A stretch of 64,000 bases of DNA from assembly GCA_026397015.1 (NCBI GenBank), contig JAPLVR010000003.1, positions 32,001 through 96,000 of the forward strand, given 5' to 3'. Origin of the DNA: Candidatus Iainarchaeum sp. Lineage in GTDB: Archaea; Iainarchaeota; Iainarchaeia; Iainarchaeales; JAAZKV01. Positions 10,666-21,228 of this stretch are shown here, piece by piece (within the stretch, counting starts at the first letter, position 1; each line of letters begins with the position of its first letter). The notes under the pieces are model-generated. The model worked only from the letters and a program-made list of their open reading frames with translations. It was not told where the DNA came from and did not search any database. The position numbers and the translations under genes are program-made.

Positions 10666-11808
10666 TCATTTTGAAAACTTTTTCAGCCCTTCCAAAAGAA
10701 CCTCGACGACTTTTTTGCACTCGCTATCTTTTAGACGCAGATGAATTGGGAGAGTTATTAACTGCTCTGATTTTTTATGCGCATTAGGGCAAGAGCCTTT
10801 TGCATAAGAATACATCTTATATTCGGTGTTGTCCGTGTAATGCACACCCGGGTAAATATCATTATCATAAAAGTACTGCATTATTTCATCACGGTTATTA
10901 ACGCATATCTGGTAAAGGTGCCGCGAACTTACGCAGTCGGGTGCAGTTCTGACTATTTCGACTCCTTTAACACCTTCAAGAAGCTTATCATAAAGCGCGG
11001 CGATTTCTCTACGCCTGGAATTGTCTTCCTCCAAATATTTAAGTTGCACGAGGGCGATAGCTGCGGCAACCGCATTGCCGTGATATTTAAATCCGACATC
11101 TTCAACGTCATATTTCCACTTATAACCGCCTTTATTATTGTTGAAACGCTTATAAGTGTCTTTACTTATGCCCATCCAGCTAAGTTTCCATGCTTTTTTG
11201 TCAAGCCCATCGTCGGCAAAACAAATCATTCCGGAATCCGATGTCGGCAGATTTTTTATAGCCTGAAAACTGAAAACCGCGACATCCGCTTCGGAACCGA
11301 CATGCTTTCCATTTATTTTTGTTCCAGCCATGTGCGCGGCGTCAAGTATTAACTTCAATCCGTGTTTCTTACACAACTTAACAATTTCAAGATATTTTCC
11401 GGTGTTGCCGCCGATTCCGACAAACATCACCGCTTTTGTTTTTTTTGTTATTTTAGATTCAACCGATTTCGGATCAAGGCATAAGTATTGGTCAACGTCG
11501 GCAAAAACGGGCTTTAGATTTTCGTATAATATTGCGTGATTGGTGGAAACAAATGTAAGAGGCGTAGTTATTATTTCATCGCCGTTTTTCCACCCGAACT
11601 TTTTTTTAAGCACGCGAACAGCCAGATGCAAACCTGCCGTATTTGAGTTCAAAAAGTGCGCATTTTTAATGCCGACATATTCCTTCCATTTTTCTTCAAA
11701 TTCAACTGTTTTGAAGCCGACGCCGGTCCACCCCTTATCTAAGCACTGCCTTATTTCTTCGAGCACTTCTTCAGTATGGAATTTTGGAACAAAAACATTT
11801 ATCAACAT
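10666..11808 (-). CDS. DegT/DnrJ/EryC1/StrS sugar aminotransferase
   Basis: NSNTAGLHLA, TPLTFVST, LDAAH, FSFQAIKNLPTSDSG, GVHY, TLPIH. Start at 11808 avoids overlap with the upstream gene. Confidence 0.95.
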   Translation of the reverse strand: MLINVFVPKFHTEEVLEEIRQCLDKGWTGVGFKTVEFEEKWKEYVGIKNAHFLNSNTAGLHLAVRVLKKKFGWKNGDEIITTPLTFVSTNHAILYENLKPVFADVDQYLCLDPKSVESKITKKTKAVMFVGIGGNTGKYLEIVKLCKKHGLKLILDAAHMAGTKINGKHVGSEADVAVFSFQAIKNLPTSDSGMICFADDGLDKKAWKLSWMGISKDTYKRFNNNKGGYKWKYDVEDVGFKYHGNAVAAAIALVQLKYLEEDNSRRREIAALYDKLLEGVKGVEIVRTAPDCVSSRHLYQICVNNRDEIMQYFYDNDIYPGVHYTDNTEYKMYSYAKGSCPNAHKKSEQLITLPIHLRLKDSECKKVVEVLLEGLKKFSK

Positions 11809-11821
11809 AAAACCACATGCC

Positions 11822-12283
11822 CTAATAATTTTTTCTCTCCCAGTTATACGGAATAGATTTGTCGTCAAAAGGCAAACGAAATTCATCTGGATTTTTATAG
11901 TTGTATATCTGTGTTGGAATATTCAGCACCATTGCCTCGGTTTCAGAAATGCATTTGAAACCGTGATATACAAAAGGAGGAATTTGAAGCAATTTGTTGT
12001 TCTGCTCGCCCAAAAAAAATTCATTCAGCAACCCTTTGGTTTTTGAATCTACTCTGCTATCATAAATTACAATTTTCATCATTCCTTTAAGCACCACAAA
12101 ATTGTCATATTGCCCCTTATGAAAATGCCATGCTTTTACAACCCCGGGATAGGCGGCCGTGACATATGCTTGCCCGAATCCTTTGAAAACAGGATCGTCG
12201 GAACGCAAAATTTCCATTAATCTACCGCGCTCGTCCGGAAAAACTTTTAAATCCTTCAATATCACCCCATCAATCAATTCCAT
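11822..12283 (-). CDS. rfbC: dTDP-4-dehydrorhamnose 3,5-epimerase-like cupin
   Basis: PDERGRLME, PGVVKAWHFH, IPPFVYHGF, IPYNW. Confidence 0.88.
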   Translation of the reverse strand: MELIDGVILKDLKVFPDERGRLMEILRSDDPVFKGFGQAYVTAAYPGVVKAWHFHKGQYDNFVVLKGMMKIVIYDSRVDSKTKGLLNEFFLGEQNNKLLQIPPFVYHGFKCISETEAMVLNIPTQIYNYKNPDEFRLPFDDKSIPYNWERKNY

Positions 12284-12451
12284 CAAAGCCGCCCCCAAAA
12301 TTAATTTCTTAAAAACATTCGTAGTCAAAAAATTGATGCATCACCAACTATTACAAAAAGAATTACCTATAATTATTATAAATCAACCGAGAATTAGTAC
12401 AGTTTTCGTTTGTACCATAAACACTTAAAAAGCAAGGAAACTTTTTATATC

Positions 12452-13435
12452 ATGCCTAAAAGCATTCTTGTTACGGGCGGAGCCGGATACGTCGGCTACA
12501 CTGTGGTCGAGCGACTGGCAAAAAAATATCCAAGGGCAAAAATAATTATTTTTGACAATTTTTCCAAGGGAAAAATAGAGGGAGTTTCGGTTCTAAAAAA
12601 AAGGCACAAAAATATTGTATTAATCCCTTGGGAAAAGGCAGATATAAGGAGTTCCGAAAACGTCGAAGCCGTTTTCAGGCAGTATAAACCGGATGTTGTT
12701 GTGCACCTGGCGGCAATAGTTGACGCTTTCGCCACCAATTTGCGGGGCAAAGATCTCGAGTGCAGAATGGTGAACCAAAATGCGGCGATAGAGCTGGCAA
12801 AAATAGCAAAACGCAACGGCACAAAAATATTTGTCTTCCAATGCAGTGTCAGCATATACAGCAGGGGGGTTGAATTAAAGGAACCGGCTGAAAAGGCGCC
12901 GCTTTCAACTTACGGCAAAACAAAAATGATTGCCGAAAGGAAAATAATTTCACTCAGCGACGATTCATTCAAAGTTATTTCACTGAGGCCCGCGACTGTT
13001 GTCGGCTTTAACCCGTGCTTCAGATTTGAAACGATAATAAATTTGGTATGCGCGAGATCGGTTTATGGCGTTCCAACAAGGGTCTTTGAAAGCGCCCTGC
13101 GGGGGGACAAAACATATTTGCACTTGAAGGACAATGCTGCGGCGATCCTCTTTGCAATAGAACACAAGGACACAATGAATGGCAGGTGCTTCAATGTCAC
13201 TTCTTTCCACACGAATCTTGAAGAGGTGCTTAAAATCGTAAAAAAATATCTGAAAGAGGATTTCGCATACGAGATAGTTAGGGAAAAATCAATCAACCAG
13301 CAGGTATACACAATCAATTCGGACAAAATAAAGGGCGAAGGATTTAAGCCGAAAGGAAACCTTGATGAAGCGGTAAAAGAAATGATTCAAAATCTGAAAA
13401 AAATAAGAAATTTTTACAACAATCTAGCCAAATAA
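12452..13435 (+). CDS. NAD-dependent epimerase/dehydratase (extended SDR)
   Basis: VTGGAGYVG, VHLAAI, YGKTK (YxxxK), LRPATV. Confidence 0.92.
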   Translation: MPKSILVTGGAGYVGYTVVERLAKKYPRAKIIIFDNFSKGKIEGVSVLKKRHKNIVLIPWEKADIRSSENVEAVFRQYKPDVVVHLAAIVDAFATNLRGKDLECRMVNQNAAIELAKIAKRNGTKIFVFQCSVSIYSRGVELKEPAEKAPLSTYGKTKMIAERKIISLSDDSFKVISLRPATVVGFNPCFRFETIINLVCARSVYGVPTRVFESALRGDKTYLHLKDNAAAILFAIEHKDTMNGRCFNVTSFHTNLEEVLKIVKKYLKEDFAYEIVREKSINQQVYTINSDKIKGEGFKPKGNLDEAVKEMIQNLKKIRNFYNNLAK

Positions 13436-13489
13436 ATCGCCTTCCAACCAAAAAAATTCAAACAAAACAAAAAATTTACTCAAAATATT

Positions 13490-14497
13490 CTACGCGCGCA
13501 ATTCCAAAACAAGGTTCTCAAACTTTTCACAGAAGGGCACAATGTCATACTGCTTCACAAGCCTACGCCCCATTTTTCCCGCTTTGCCCCTAAATGATTT
13601 ATTTTTAACGAGACGGTGCAACGCATTGAACCACTCATCTTCATTGTTGTTTGTTGAAATCAGGAAGCCGCTCCTTTCGTTTTCTATTAACTTTTTATTT
13701 ACGCCGACTGCGGTGGCAACACATGGAATTCCTGCGGCCATATACTGCAATAACTTGTAACCGCCTTTGCCCCTGTTCTCAGTATCATCCCTTATTGGCA
13801 TTACTCCAATATCAAATTCGGCCAAGTCTTTGCGTTCTTTTTCAAGGCTCCACTGCCTGTACTCAACCTGTATATTTTTGAATTCGTGATTTACCCTTTC
13901 TGTCGTTCCACCAATAATGACAAATCTAACTTTTGAACCCACTTTTTTTCCAATCCTTTCAAGGGCATTTGCAATAAGATTAATATTTTTGCTTGTGTTT
14001 GGGCTTCCAATCCAACCAATAGTAACCAAAGAAGATTTTTTTCTAAAATTCAAACATTTGGAATAATATGCAAAATTAATAGGGCCCAGAAGAATTTCAA
14101 CCCTTGCTTTCGGATTGACTTTTTTGCAATGCACCCTGTTGAATTCGTTTTCAACCAGAACCAAATCCGCGAGTTTCACAAATTCATCAACTTCGGGCCA
14201 CTTCATGTAGGACGGGTCATCAAGGTCGTAAATAATTTTTTTCCCGATGGATTTCATCAACTTCACAATAAATAGGATGCGCCTTGAAACGCTTTTCTGG
14301 ACAAAAAGAATATCAAAAAAAGGCGCCTTGAGAATGAATTCAAGCTCTCTTCCCCTGAATCCAAGGCCTGCGCCGGTGCATATTGTTGAATGGATTCTTT
14401 TATTTTTGAGCCGTGGAAGAATCTCATATACCCGCGTCCTCGAACTTGCAAGATTGTAATTTCCAAGAGGGAGGGCAAGAATTTTTATTTCAGCCAT
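13490..14497 (-). CDS. Glycosyltransferase family 4
   Basis: ASSRTR, IYDLDD, IGWIGS, DIGVMP, KLLQYMAAGIPCV. GGGTGA RBS before ATG 14497. Confidence 0.92.
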   Translation of the reverse strand: MAEIKILALPLGNYNLASSRTRVYEILPRLKNKRIHSTICTGAGLGFRGRELEFILKAPFFDILFVQKSVSRRILFIVKLMKSIGKKIIYDLDDPSYMKWPEVDEFVKLADLVLVENEFNRVHCKKVNPKARVEILLGPINFAYYSKCLNFRKKSSLVTIGWIGSPNTSKNINLIANALERIGKKVGSKVRFVIIGGTTERVNHEFKNIQVEYRQWSLEKERKDLAEFDIGVMPIRDDTENRGKGGYKLLQYMAAGIPCVATAVGVNKKLIENERSGFLISTNNNEDEWFNALHRLVKNKSFRGKAGKMGRRLVKQYDIVPFCEKFENLVLELRA

Positions 14498-14577
14498 ACT
14501 TTCACCCAAAACAGACAAACAAGCCTAGCTACTGACAGTACCAATAGGTTTAAAATACTAAAAAAGCTTTTTGGTTT

Positions 14578-15507
14578 ATGCATAAGCTCTCAATGATAGT
14601 AAACGCCTACAACGAGGAAAAGAATTTGCCCTCGTGCATCGCGTCGCTCAAAGACCAATCCGTAAAACTTTTTGAAATAATTGTAGTGGACAACGGGAGC
14701 ACCGATAAAACTGCGGAAGTGGCAAAAAAAGCCGGCGCAAAGGTTTTCAGCATAAAACCGCGAAGCAGGGGACTTGCAAGGGACTACGGATTGAGAAAAG
14801 CAAAAGGAAACATAATTGCCTATCTTGATTCAGACATGGTCGTTAACAGAGACTGGACAAAGGAAATTTTAAAAAAATTTGACGAGGGCACAAATTTTGT
14901 TGTCGATAGAATTCATGTTTGGAAGCCTGACAACCCCTACACAAAGAGTCTTGACACCTTCTACACTTTCAGAATAGACAACGATTACAAGCCCTTTACT
15001 GCATGGGCATACAGAAAAGATTTGTTAAAAAAAATTGGCGGGTACAAGGATGTTTGGCTTGAAGACGCGGAATTGGCGCAGCGCATATTCAAAGCAGGGT
15101 ACAAAATAGTGCTTGCGGATAAGGCCATAAGGTATCACAAGGGCTCGCCTCGAACTTTTTATGATACAATAAAAAGGAATTATTTCTTCGGCTTTCATGA
15201 TGCAAAAAGCGTTTACACCAAATATCCTGGAACACTTCCAAAAAAGAGGCTTGCGGCATATCTGCTGTTCATGGGCTTTGAAGCAGCTGCAATAATTTCC
15301 TCGCTCGCTCTTTGGAATACCACCTTCCTGCTTTGGATTCCAATATCGATTTTGCTTCTTTATTTCGCCCTGCTGGCGAAATTTTTATTCATAAATAAGG
15401 CATTCGGAAAAATTTCTTTCACAAACTGCATACTGATAAGTTATGCCTCGCTAATCCGCGCCCTCATCTGGCCGGCGGGGATAATAAGGGGATACTTTTT
15501 CAACTGA
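14578..15507 (+). CDS. Glycosyltransferase family 2 with C-terminal TM helices
   Basis: AYNEE, VDNGSTD, LDSD (DxD), ED motif and 2-3 C-terminal TM segments. Confidence 0.93.
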   Translation: MHKLSMIVNAYNEEKNLPSCIASLKDQSVKLFEIIVVDNGSTDKTAEVAKKAGAKVFSIKPRSRGLARDYGLRKAKGNIIAYLDSDMVVNRDWTKEILKKFDEGTNFVVDRIHVWKPDNPYTKSLDTFYTFRIDNDYKPFTAWAYRKDLLKKIGGYKDVWLEDAELAQRIFKAGYKIVLADKAIRYHKGSPRTFYDTIKRNYFFGFHDAKSVYTKYPGTLPKKRLAAYLLFMGFEAAAIISSLALWNTTFLLWIPISILLLYFALLAKFLFINKAFGKISFTNCILISYASLIRALIWPAGIIRGYFFN

Positions 15508-15613
15508 AAAAAACCTTAATCACTTTTTTCTTTTTTGTCGAATCTTCTTTTGCAATTCCAACAAAAACTGGTTCGCCGATTTCCCCGGACCCTATTATAG
15601 TCGTCATTTTCAT
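15500..15613 (-). pseudogene. 37-codon remnant resembling the N-terminus of a nucleotide-sugar dehydrogenase
   Basis: My translation is MKMTTIIGSGEIGEPVFVGIAKEDSTKKKKVIKVFFS*, with a GxGxxG Rossmann start. It follows the epimerase gene on the same strand. Confidence 0.4.
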
Positions 15614-15639
15614 CACCCGCAGGCAAAGATCAAAAAAAT

Positions 15640-16629
15640 TTAGAGCTGGTTCAGCGCCGAGCCCTTGTCTTCGAATACACCGTAATATTTTCTGAACCAG
15701 TCAATCGTTCTCTTCAATCCATCGTCAAAAGAAACTTTCGGTTCCCAGCCGAGAATTTTTTTGGCTTTTGAGGAATCGGAATACATCCTCCATATCTCAT
15801 TCGGCCTGTATGGCAAGTCACCTATTCCAAGCGCAGATTTTGAGCCCGAGAACTTAACTATCTTTTTCGCCAAGTCTGCGATTGAAACCTCGTGGCTTTT
15901 CCCGCTGCCCACATTTATTACTTTTCCAACGGCCTCCTCTTTTTGCGCGGCCAGGATGAAACCTTCGATTGTATCATCGACAAAATTAAATTCGCGGGTT
16001 TGCTCGCCCTTCGTAGTGCTTATTCTTTCATTTTTAAACGCCTTCAGAATAAGCTCGGGAATAACGGCTGAGGGACTTTGGTATGGACCAAACACATTAA
16101 ACGGGCGCAGAACAACAATCGGATCATTTTTTACGCGCTGTTTCATTCTTACATAAAGTTCGCCGGCATATTTTGTAACAGAGTAGGGGCTTGACGGATT
16201 CGGACAGGCTGTTTCGATAAAGGGTTGAGTTTCCTGTAGACCGTAAACTTCGCTTGTCGAAGTGTACACAAACCTTTCATACCCTTCGCAGGATTCAAGC
16301 AAATTTGCCGTGCCTTTCGCATCCACGTCGAAGCATTCCTGCACATGGCTAAAGCTTCTTCCCACATGGTTGAAAGCGGCAAGATGAAAAATTATTTCGG
16401 GCGCGAGCTTCTTTATCTGCTGCATCGAGTCAAAATTTCTTATGTCGCCCTCAATAATGTTCAATTTTTCCCAGACCGGGCTGAGCCTAATGTTTACCAC
16501 CTTTTCCTGGTATTGGACTAAAACGGAAACTTTCGCGCCTTCGTTCAAGAGCCGCTTTGTCAAGTGGCTGCCTATAAATCCTGCACCGCCCGTAACGAGA
16601 ACATTTTTTCCCTTAAAAAAATTTGCCAT
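15640..16629 (-). CDS. NDP-sugar 4,6-dehydratase/epimerase (extended SDR)
   Basis: VTGGAGFIGSH, FHLAA, STSEVYG, SPYSVTK, RPFNVFGP. GGAGGAG RBS before ATG 16629. Confidence 0.95.
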   Translation of the reverse strand: MANFFKGKNVLVTGGAGFIGSHLTKRLLNEGAKVSVLVQYQEKVVNIRLSPVWEKLNIIEGDIRNFDSMQQIKKLAPEIIFHLAAFNHVGRSFSHVQECFDVDAKGTANLLESCEGYERFVYTSTSEVYGLQETQPFIETACPNPSSPYSVTKYAGELYVRMKQRVKNDPIVVLRPFNVFGPYQSPSAVIPELILKAFKNERISTTKGEQTREFNFVDDTIEGFILAAQKEEAVGKVINVGSGKSHEVSIADLAKKIVKFSGSKSALGIGDLPYRPNEIWRMYSDSSKAKKILGWEPKVSFDDGLKRTIDWFRKYYGVFEDKGSALNQL

Positions 16630-16664
16630 TAAACCAACTCCTCCAAATCTACTCAAACCCGAAT

Positions 16665-17360
16665 TTATCCAAATACATAACTAAAAACTTTTATCTTGCT
16701 TTCGGCTTCCTTTTTTTCGTGTTCGGTATTGAAAGTTATGTGCTCCCCTCTGTGTTTGTGGGCAAACATTTTTCCACTGGAAACCACCATGTCAAGAAAT
16801 GGAATCCATTCGAAGCGATTCGCCCCCTTCAAAACCTTTTTTTCGAAAACATAAAATCCAATATTAAACCAAAACGGCAGCAGCGGCTTTTCCTTGAAAC
16901 ATGTTACTTTCGCGCCTTTTGTTTCCATTAATCCGAATGGGCTCGCCATCTGATAAAGAACGTTTGTTATAAGAGCCTTTTTCCTTTTATGAAGCGCAAC
17001 CAATTTATTCAAATCAACATCCGCAACTGTATCGCCGTAACAAACAACAAACCGTTCCCCGCAAAATTTGCTCGCATCCATTATCCTTTCAAGCATCGAG
17101 GCGGCTGGGCCTGAATTCACAAATTTTACCTTCCATTTCTTTCTGGAAAAATTCTTGACCGAACTTTCAATCAGTTTTGCCTTATACCCTGTACAGACAA
17201 TAAAATCGTCGAACCCTTGGGAGGCGCAAAGCTGCATCAAGTACTGCAAAACGGGCTTGTTCTTTAACTCAACCAGCGGCTTTGGGATCTCTTTTGTCAG
17301 GGGCATCAGGCGCACGCCCTTTCCGCCGCAAAGAATCACAATTTTCGTGCTTCCCATCAT
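16665..17360 (-). CDS. Sugar-1-phosphate nucleotidyltransferase (cytidylyltransferase-like)
   Basis: ILCGGKGVRL, PKPLV, CYGDT, FKEKP. Confidence 0.9.
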   Translation of the reverse strand: MMGSTKIVILCGGKGVRLMPLTKEIPKPLVELKNKPVLQYLMQLCASQGFDDFIVCTGYKAKLIESSVKNFSRKKWKVKFVNSGPAASMLERIMDASKFCGERFVVCYGDTVADVDLNKLVALHKRKKALITNVLYQMASPFGLMETKGAKVTCFKEKPLLPFWFNIGFYVFEKKVLKGANRFEWIPFLDMVVSSGKMFAHKHRGEHITFNTEHEKKEAESKIKVFSYVFG

Positions 17361-18961
17361 CTTACTACCTTGTAGATTTTAGCGCACCCTTGTTCAAAAA
17401 CCTTTTGGATCAATCCGGTTTCCTCAAGAAGCGGCAATTTTTCAGACAGCGAATCGCTGTAGCACGTCGACGCGACAAACAAAGCGCCCTTTGATTTGAG
17501 CTCCGTAGAAAGTTCACTCACGGAAAAATTTTCAGCCAAATCCAATTGAATAATTTCCTGCCCGCTGTAATAATTCAGTTCCCTTGCCTTTCCAACCGAA
17601 GCAATTTTGCTTATTTCAGGATGCGCATCCAAATATGTGAATAATGGCGCGTCTTTTTCTTGAACAGAATAATAAAAAAGCGCGCTCCCTGAAGTCAGAG
17701 CAAAAGAAAACAGAGAAAAAAGAATTAGCGAGGAAATCAAAATAAATTTCGTTCTGCCCTGCAAACGCAAAAAACCTGCGCCTAGCAGAATCCCGAAAAA
17801 AGGGAAGAACGGAACGAAATACCTTATGTACCAGTCGCCGCGTATTACGTGAACTACGGGGATGAGCCCGAGCAGCATCGAAAATATTATTACAAGAAAG
17901 AAAATTCGCAATGGGGCAATCGGCTTTGTTTTACGCAAAAATTCACCTATTCTTTTAGCCCCTGAAATAATTTCCAAAATAATTTGTCGCGTTGCAACAA
18001 AAAAAATCGGAAAAACCATCACTGCAAAAAGGGCCGCAATCAAAAATATTGGCAAAGCGGAAATCAGCGGAATTTTTGAAGCAGCCATGGAAGGGGGAAA
18101 ATCAAAAAAACTCAGATATGCCCTAAACAAAATTTCAGGATTAAAAGCATTCAGCAAATTTATCGAAGTTACTTTGTCAATCGGCAGATAACTTTCTGTT
18201 ACAGATGCAGAAGCACCTGAATTTAAATATGAAAAAATAAAAAAGCTGGCTGACAAAAGGATTGCAACAAAAAACAACACAATAAACAAAAGAAACTTTT
18301 TCGGGATTATTTCGCGCTTGGAACCGCTCTTACACAGGAAATGCGCCGGACCGTACTTCCAAAACAGAACAATTAATACTCCTACAAGCATCGCCGGCAG
18401 CGCAACGGCGATTGTGAGTTTTGAAAAAGAAACAAGGAGCAACGCGAAAAAAGTTAGTGCCAAGTATTTAATTTCAGAAGACTTATTTGTTGATTCAACC
18501 CATGAATAAAAAGAATAGACAAAAAAAAGCAAAACAGTTGCGGCGAAAGACTCAACCATATTGACAGAACCGATTCTGGTCAGCCATGGATATGCCAAGA
18601 CAAACAATAACGGAATCTGGTATGTCTTCGGAAAAATTTTTTTGAAAAGCAGAAAAGCAAGGGCTGCTTGGACAATCATTACCAGAAGCGGAATGACTTT
18701 TACGAACGGCCAAACCATTGGAAGGCCTGTGAGGCCAAAAAAAGCGGCAAGTACGAAATGATAAAGGAGCGGTGGTGCATTGGATGGAAGGGGATTCCCC
18801 TCAATCAAATCTTTTGCCAAATTCAAGTGATAAACAGAATCATTGTACGCCGGCTCCGGCACAACAAAAATTGAAAAAATTCTGCAAAACAATGCGATTA
18901 AAATAAGCAAAAAAAGGATTTTTTCCGAGTTTTGAACCAAAACCCTTGATATGCGAAGCAT
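17357..18961 (-). CDS. Multi-pass GT-C-fold glycosyltransferase-like membrane protein
   Basis: About 11-12 TM helices. First loop YNDSVYH, PPLLYH, RYFVP and a soluble C-terminal domain. Confidence 0.72.
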   Translation of the reverse strand: MLRISRVLVQNSEKILFLLILIALFCRIFSIFVVPEPAYNDSVYHLNLAKDLIEGNPLPSNAPPLLYHFVLAAFFGLTGLPMVWPFVKVIPLLVMIVQAALAFLLFKKIFPKTYQIPLLFVLAYPWLTRIGSVNMVESFAATVLLFFVYSFYSWVESTNKSSEIKYLALTFFALLLVSFSKLTIAVALPAMLVGVLIVLFWKYGPAHFLCKSGSKREIIPKKFLLFIVLFFVAILLSASFFIFSYLNSGASASVTESYLPIDKVTSINLLNAFNPEILFRAYLSFFDFPPSMAASKIPLISALPIFLIAALFAVMVFPIFFVATRQIILEIISGAKRIGEFLRKTKPIAPLRIFFLVIIFSMLLGLIPVVHVIRGDWYIRYFVPFFPFFGILLGAGFLRLQGRTKFILISSLILFSLFSFALTSGSALFYYSVQEKDAPLFTYLDAHPEISKIASVGKARELNYYSGQEIIQLDLAENFSVSELSTELKSKGALFVASTCYSDSLSEKLPLLEETGLIQKVFEQGCAKIYKVVR

Positions 18962-19038
18962 AAAGCATTTATATAATTGAAGCTTTTAATAGTTATTGAT
19001 ACAAACGCAAAAGCCGTTTGAAACCTCGGGTGAAATTG

Positions 19039-20013
19039 ATGCAAAAAATAAACTGCCTTGTCGTAATGGTGCCGTGCTACAACGAGGAAAAAACAATCGG
19101 AACGCTGATTAAACTTGTTCCAAAAAGAATTCAAGGCGTTGGAAAAATAAAAATATTGATAATTAATGACGGAAGTTCAGACGGAACTGTTGAAGAGGCA
19201 AAAAAAGCCGGCGCAACCAAAGTTCATTCGCATTACCCAAACAGGGGATTGGGAATAACTTTCAGGGAAGGAATCTGGGAAGCACTGAAAATGGGCGCTG
19301 ATGTTGTTGTGAACATTGACGCGGATTTGCAATTCAATCCGAAAGATATTCCCGCGCTCATAAAGCCGATTCAAGAAGGAAAGGCAGAGGTTGCAACATG
19401 CACAAGATTTGGAAAAGAAGAATTTGCTCCGAAAATGCCCTTCATGAAAAAAATAGGAAATAGCTTTTTTACAAAAACGGTTTCAATTATTTTAAAACAA
19501 AAATTCACCGATACACAATGCGGCTTCAGGGCATACACAAAGGAAGCATGCCTGAGAATGAACCTGTTCGGAAAATTCACTTACACCCAAGAAGTATTTC
19601 TTGACCTCGTGAACAAGGGCATGAAAATTGTGGAGGTTCCGCTTAAAGTTAAAGGGGAAAGGGACGGAAAAAGCAGGATAGTGAAAAGCTGGTACTCCTA
19701 CGGAATAAGATCTATGCTTATTATTGTAAGGTCAATAAGAGATAACTACCCGCTAAAATTTTTCGGAAGCATCGGCACAATTGTTTTCTTGTCAGGTTTC
19801 CTGCCCGGCGCATGGCTTTTTGCAAGATGGGTTCTCATTGGAAAAACCTCGCCGTATCAATCGCTCATATTGGTTTCCGCGACGCTTATGATTTTAGGTT
19901 TCCTCCTTTTGATTCTGGCGCTGTTGGCAGATTTGCAGGACAGGCAGAGAAAAATGATGGAGGAAATAATTTACAACCAGAAAAAAGAGATTTTAGAAAA
20001 ACAAGCAAAATAA
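19039..20013 (+). CDS. GT2 polyprenol-phosphate glycosyltransferase (DPM-synthase-like) with 2 C-terminal TMs
   Basis: PCYNEE, DGSSDGT, IDADLQF, TDTQCGFRAY. Confidence 0.93.
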   Translation: MQKINCLVVMVPCYNEEKTIGTLIKLVPKRIQGVGKIKILIINDGSSDGTVEEAKKAGATKVHSHYPNRGLGITFREGIWEALKMGADVVVNIDADLQFNPKDIPALIKPIQEGKAEVATCTRFGKEEFAPKMPFMKKIGNSFFTKTVSIILKQKFTDTQCGFRAYTKEACLRMNLFGKFTYTQEVFLDLVNKGMKIVEVPLKVKGERDGKSRIVKSWYSYGIRSMLIIVRSIRDNYPLKFFGSIGTIVFLSGFLPGAWLFARWVLIGKTSPYQSLILVSATLMILGFLLLILALLADLQDRQRKMMEEIIYNQKKEILEKQAK

Positions 20014-20037
20014 AAATCAAAAATAAAAGGTAACCAG

Positions 20038-21195
20038 ATGAAAATTCTTGTTTTGACAACTTCGTTTCCAAGATGGAGGGGCGACTGGGCGGGCAGCTTC
20101 GTTCTCGACCTTGCAAAGAGCCTGTCAAAAAGAAATGATGTTACCGTTTTAACTCCCAATTTTCCGGGTGGCAAAAAAAACGAAAAGATCGGAAAAATTG
20201 CAGTCAAGAGATTTGATTATTTCTTTCCAAAAGGAATACAAAAAGTAATCTACCCAGATGGTTTGCCAAATCAAGTTAAAAAGAGCATCCTCGCAAAAAT
20301 AGAACTGCCTTTTTTCTTCCTTGCATTCATCATCCATGCAATAAAAGAAACAAAAAACTCGGATTTTCTACTTTGCAACTGGTCCCTGACAGGAATGGCC
20401 GCTGAAAACGCGAAACATTTCACCGGAAAAAAATTCGGAGTAATTTTGAGAGGCATCGATATGAAAATTATTGAAGGAAAGGGCATGCTTTCGGAACTGT
20501 TCATAAATAACCTGAAAAAATCCAACGCCGTTTTTGTTGTCACCACCGAATTTCTTAATCCTCTAAAAAAATTAGGGGTGAGAAATGTTTTTTACGCACC
20601 GAACGGAATTGAAAAGGAAATTTTTGACATCCCAAAAAAGAAGGCAAAAAAAGAGCTTGGATTCGGAAAAGAAAAAATAATCCTCTTTGTAGGAAGCCTG
20701 ATTGAAAGGAAGGGCGTGAAATATCTTATCGAGGCAATGCAGGGAATCAACGCAAAACTGATTATAGTGGGGGAGGGTGAAGAGAGAGAAATACTTGAAA
20801 AGCTTGCAAAAAAAGAAAATGTGAACGCTGCCTTTTTTGGGCGGATTGAAAAGGAAAAAATTCCTTTGTGGTTTTCCGCATGCGATATTTTTGTGCTCCC
20901 CTCGCTTTACGAGGGCAGGCCGAATGCGCTTCTTGAAGCGCTTGCCTCAGGCAAGGCATGCATTGCCACCGAAATAAACGGGGCAAAAGAGCTTGTGAGA
21001 AACGGCCACAACGGCATTCTGGTACAGCCAAAAAATTCCAAAGAAATAAACCAAAAAATAAAACTTTTATTAAAAAACAAAAAATTGCGCGCTAAATTTG
21101 AAAAAAATGCGAAGGACAGCGTTAGAAAAAACATTTTAACGTGGGATGAATCTGCAAAAAGATACGAAAGACTGATTGGACAAATCATTCAATAA
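20038..21195 (+). CDS. Glycosyltransferase family 4
   Basis: TTSFPR, PNGI, FVGSLIERKG, PSLYEGRPNALLEALASG. Confidence 0.95.
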   Translation: MKILVLTTSFPRWRGDWAGSFVLDLAKSLSKRNDVTVLTPNFPGGKKNEKIGKIAVKRFDYFFPKGIQKVIYPDGLPNQVKKSILAKIELPFFFLAFIIHAIKETKNSDFLLCNWSLTGMAAENAKHFTGKKFGVILRGIDMKIIEGKGMLSELFINNLKKSNAVFVVTTEFLNPLKKLGVRNVFYAPNGIEKEIFDIPKKKAKKELGFGKEKIILFVGSLIERKGVKYLIEAMQGINAKLIIVGEGEEREILEKLAKKENVNAAFFGRIEKEKIPLWFSACDIFVLPSLYEGRPNALLEALASGKACIATEINGAKELVRNGHNGILVQPKNSKEINQKIKLLLKNKKLRAKFEKNAKDSVRKNILTWDESAKRYERLIGQIIQ

Positions 21196-21228
21196 AAAAG
21201 AACAAAAAAGTTGCCACCTATCAAAAAG

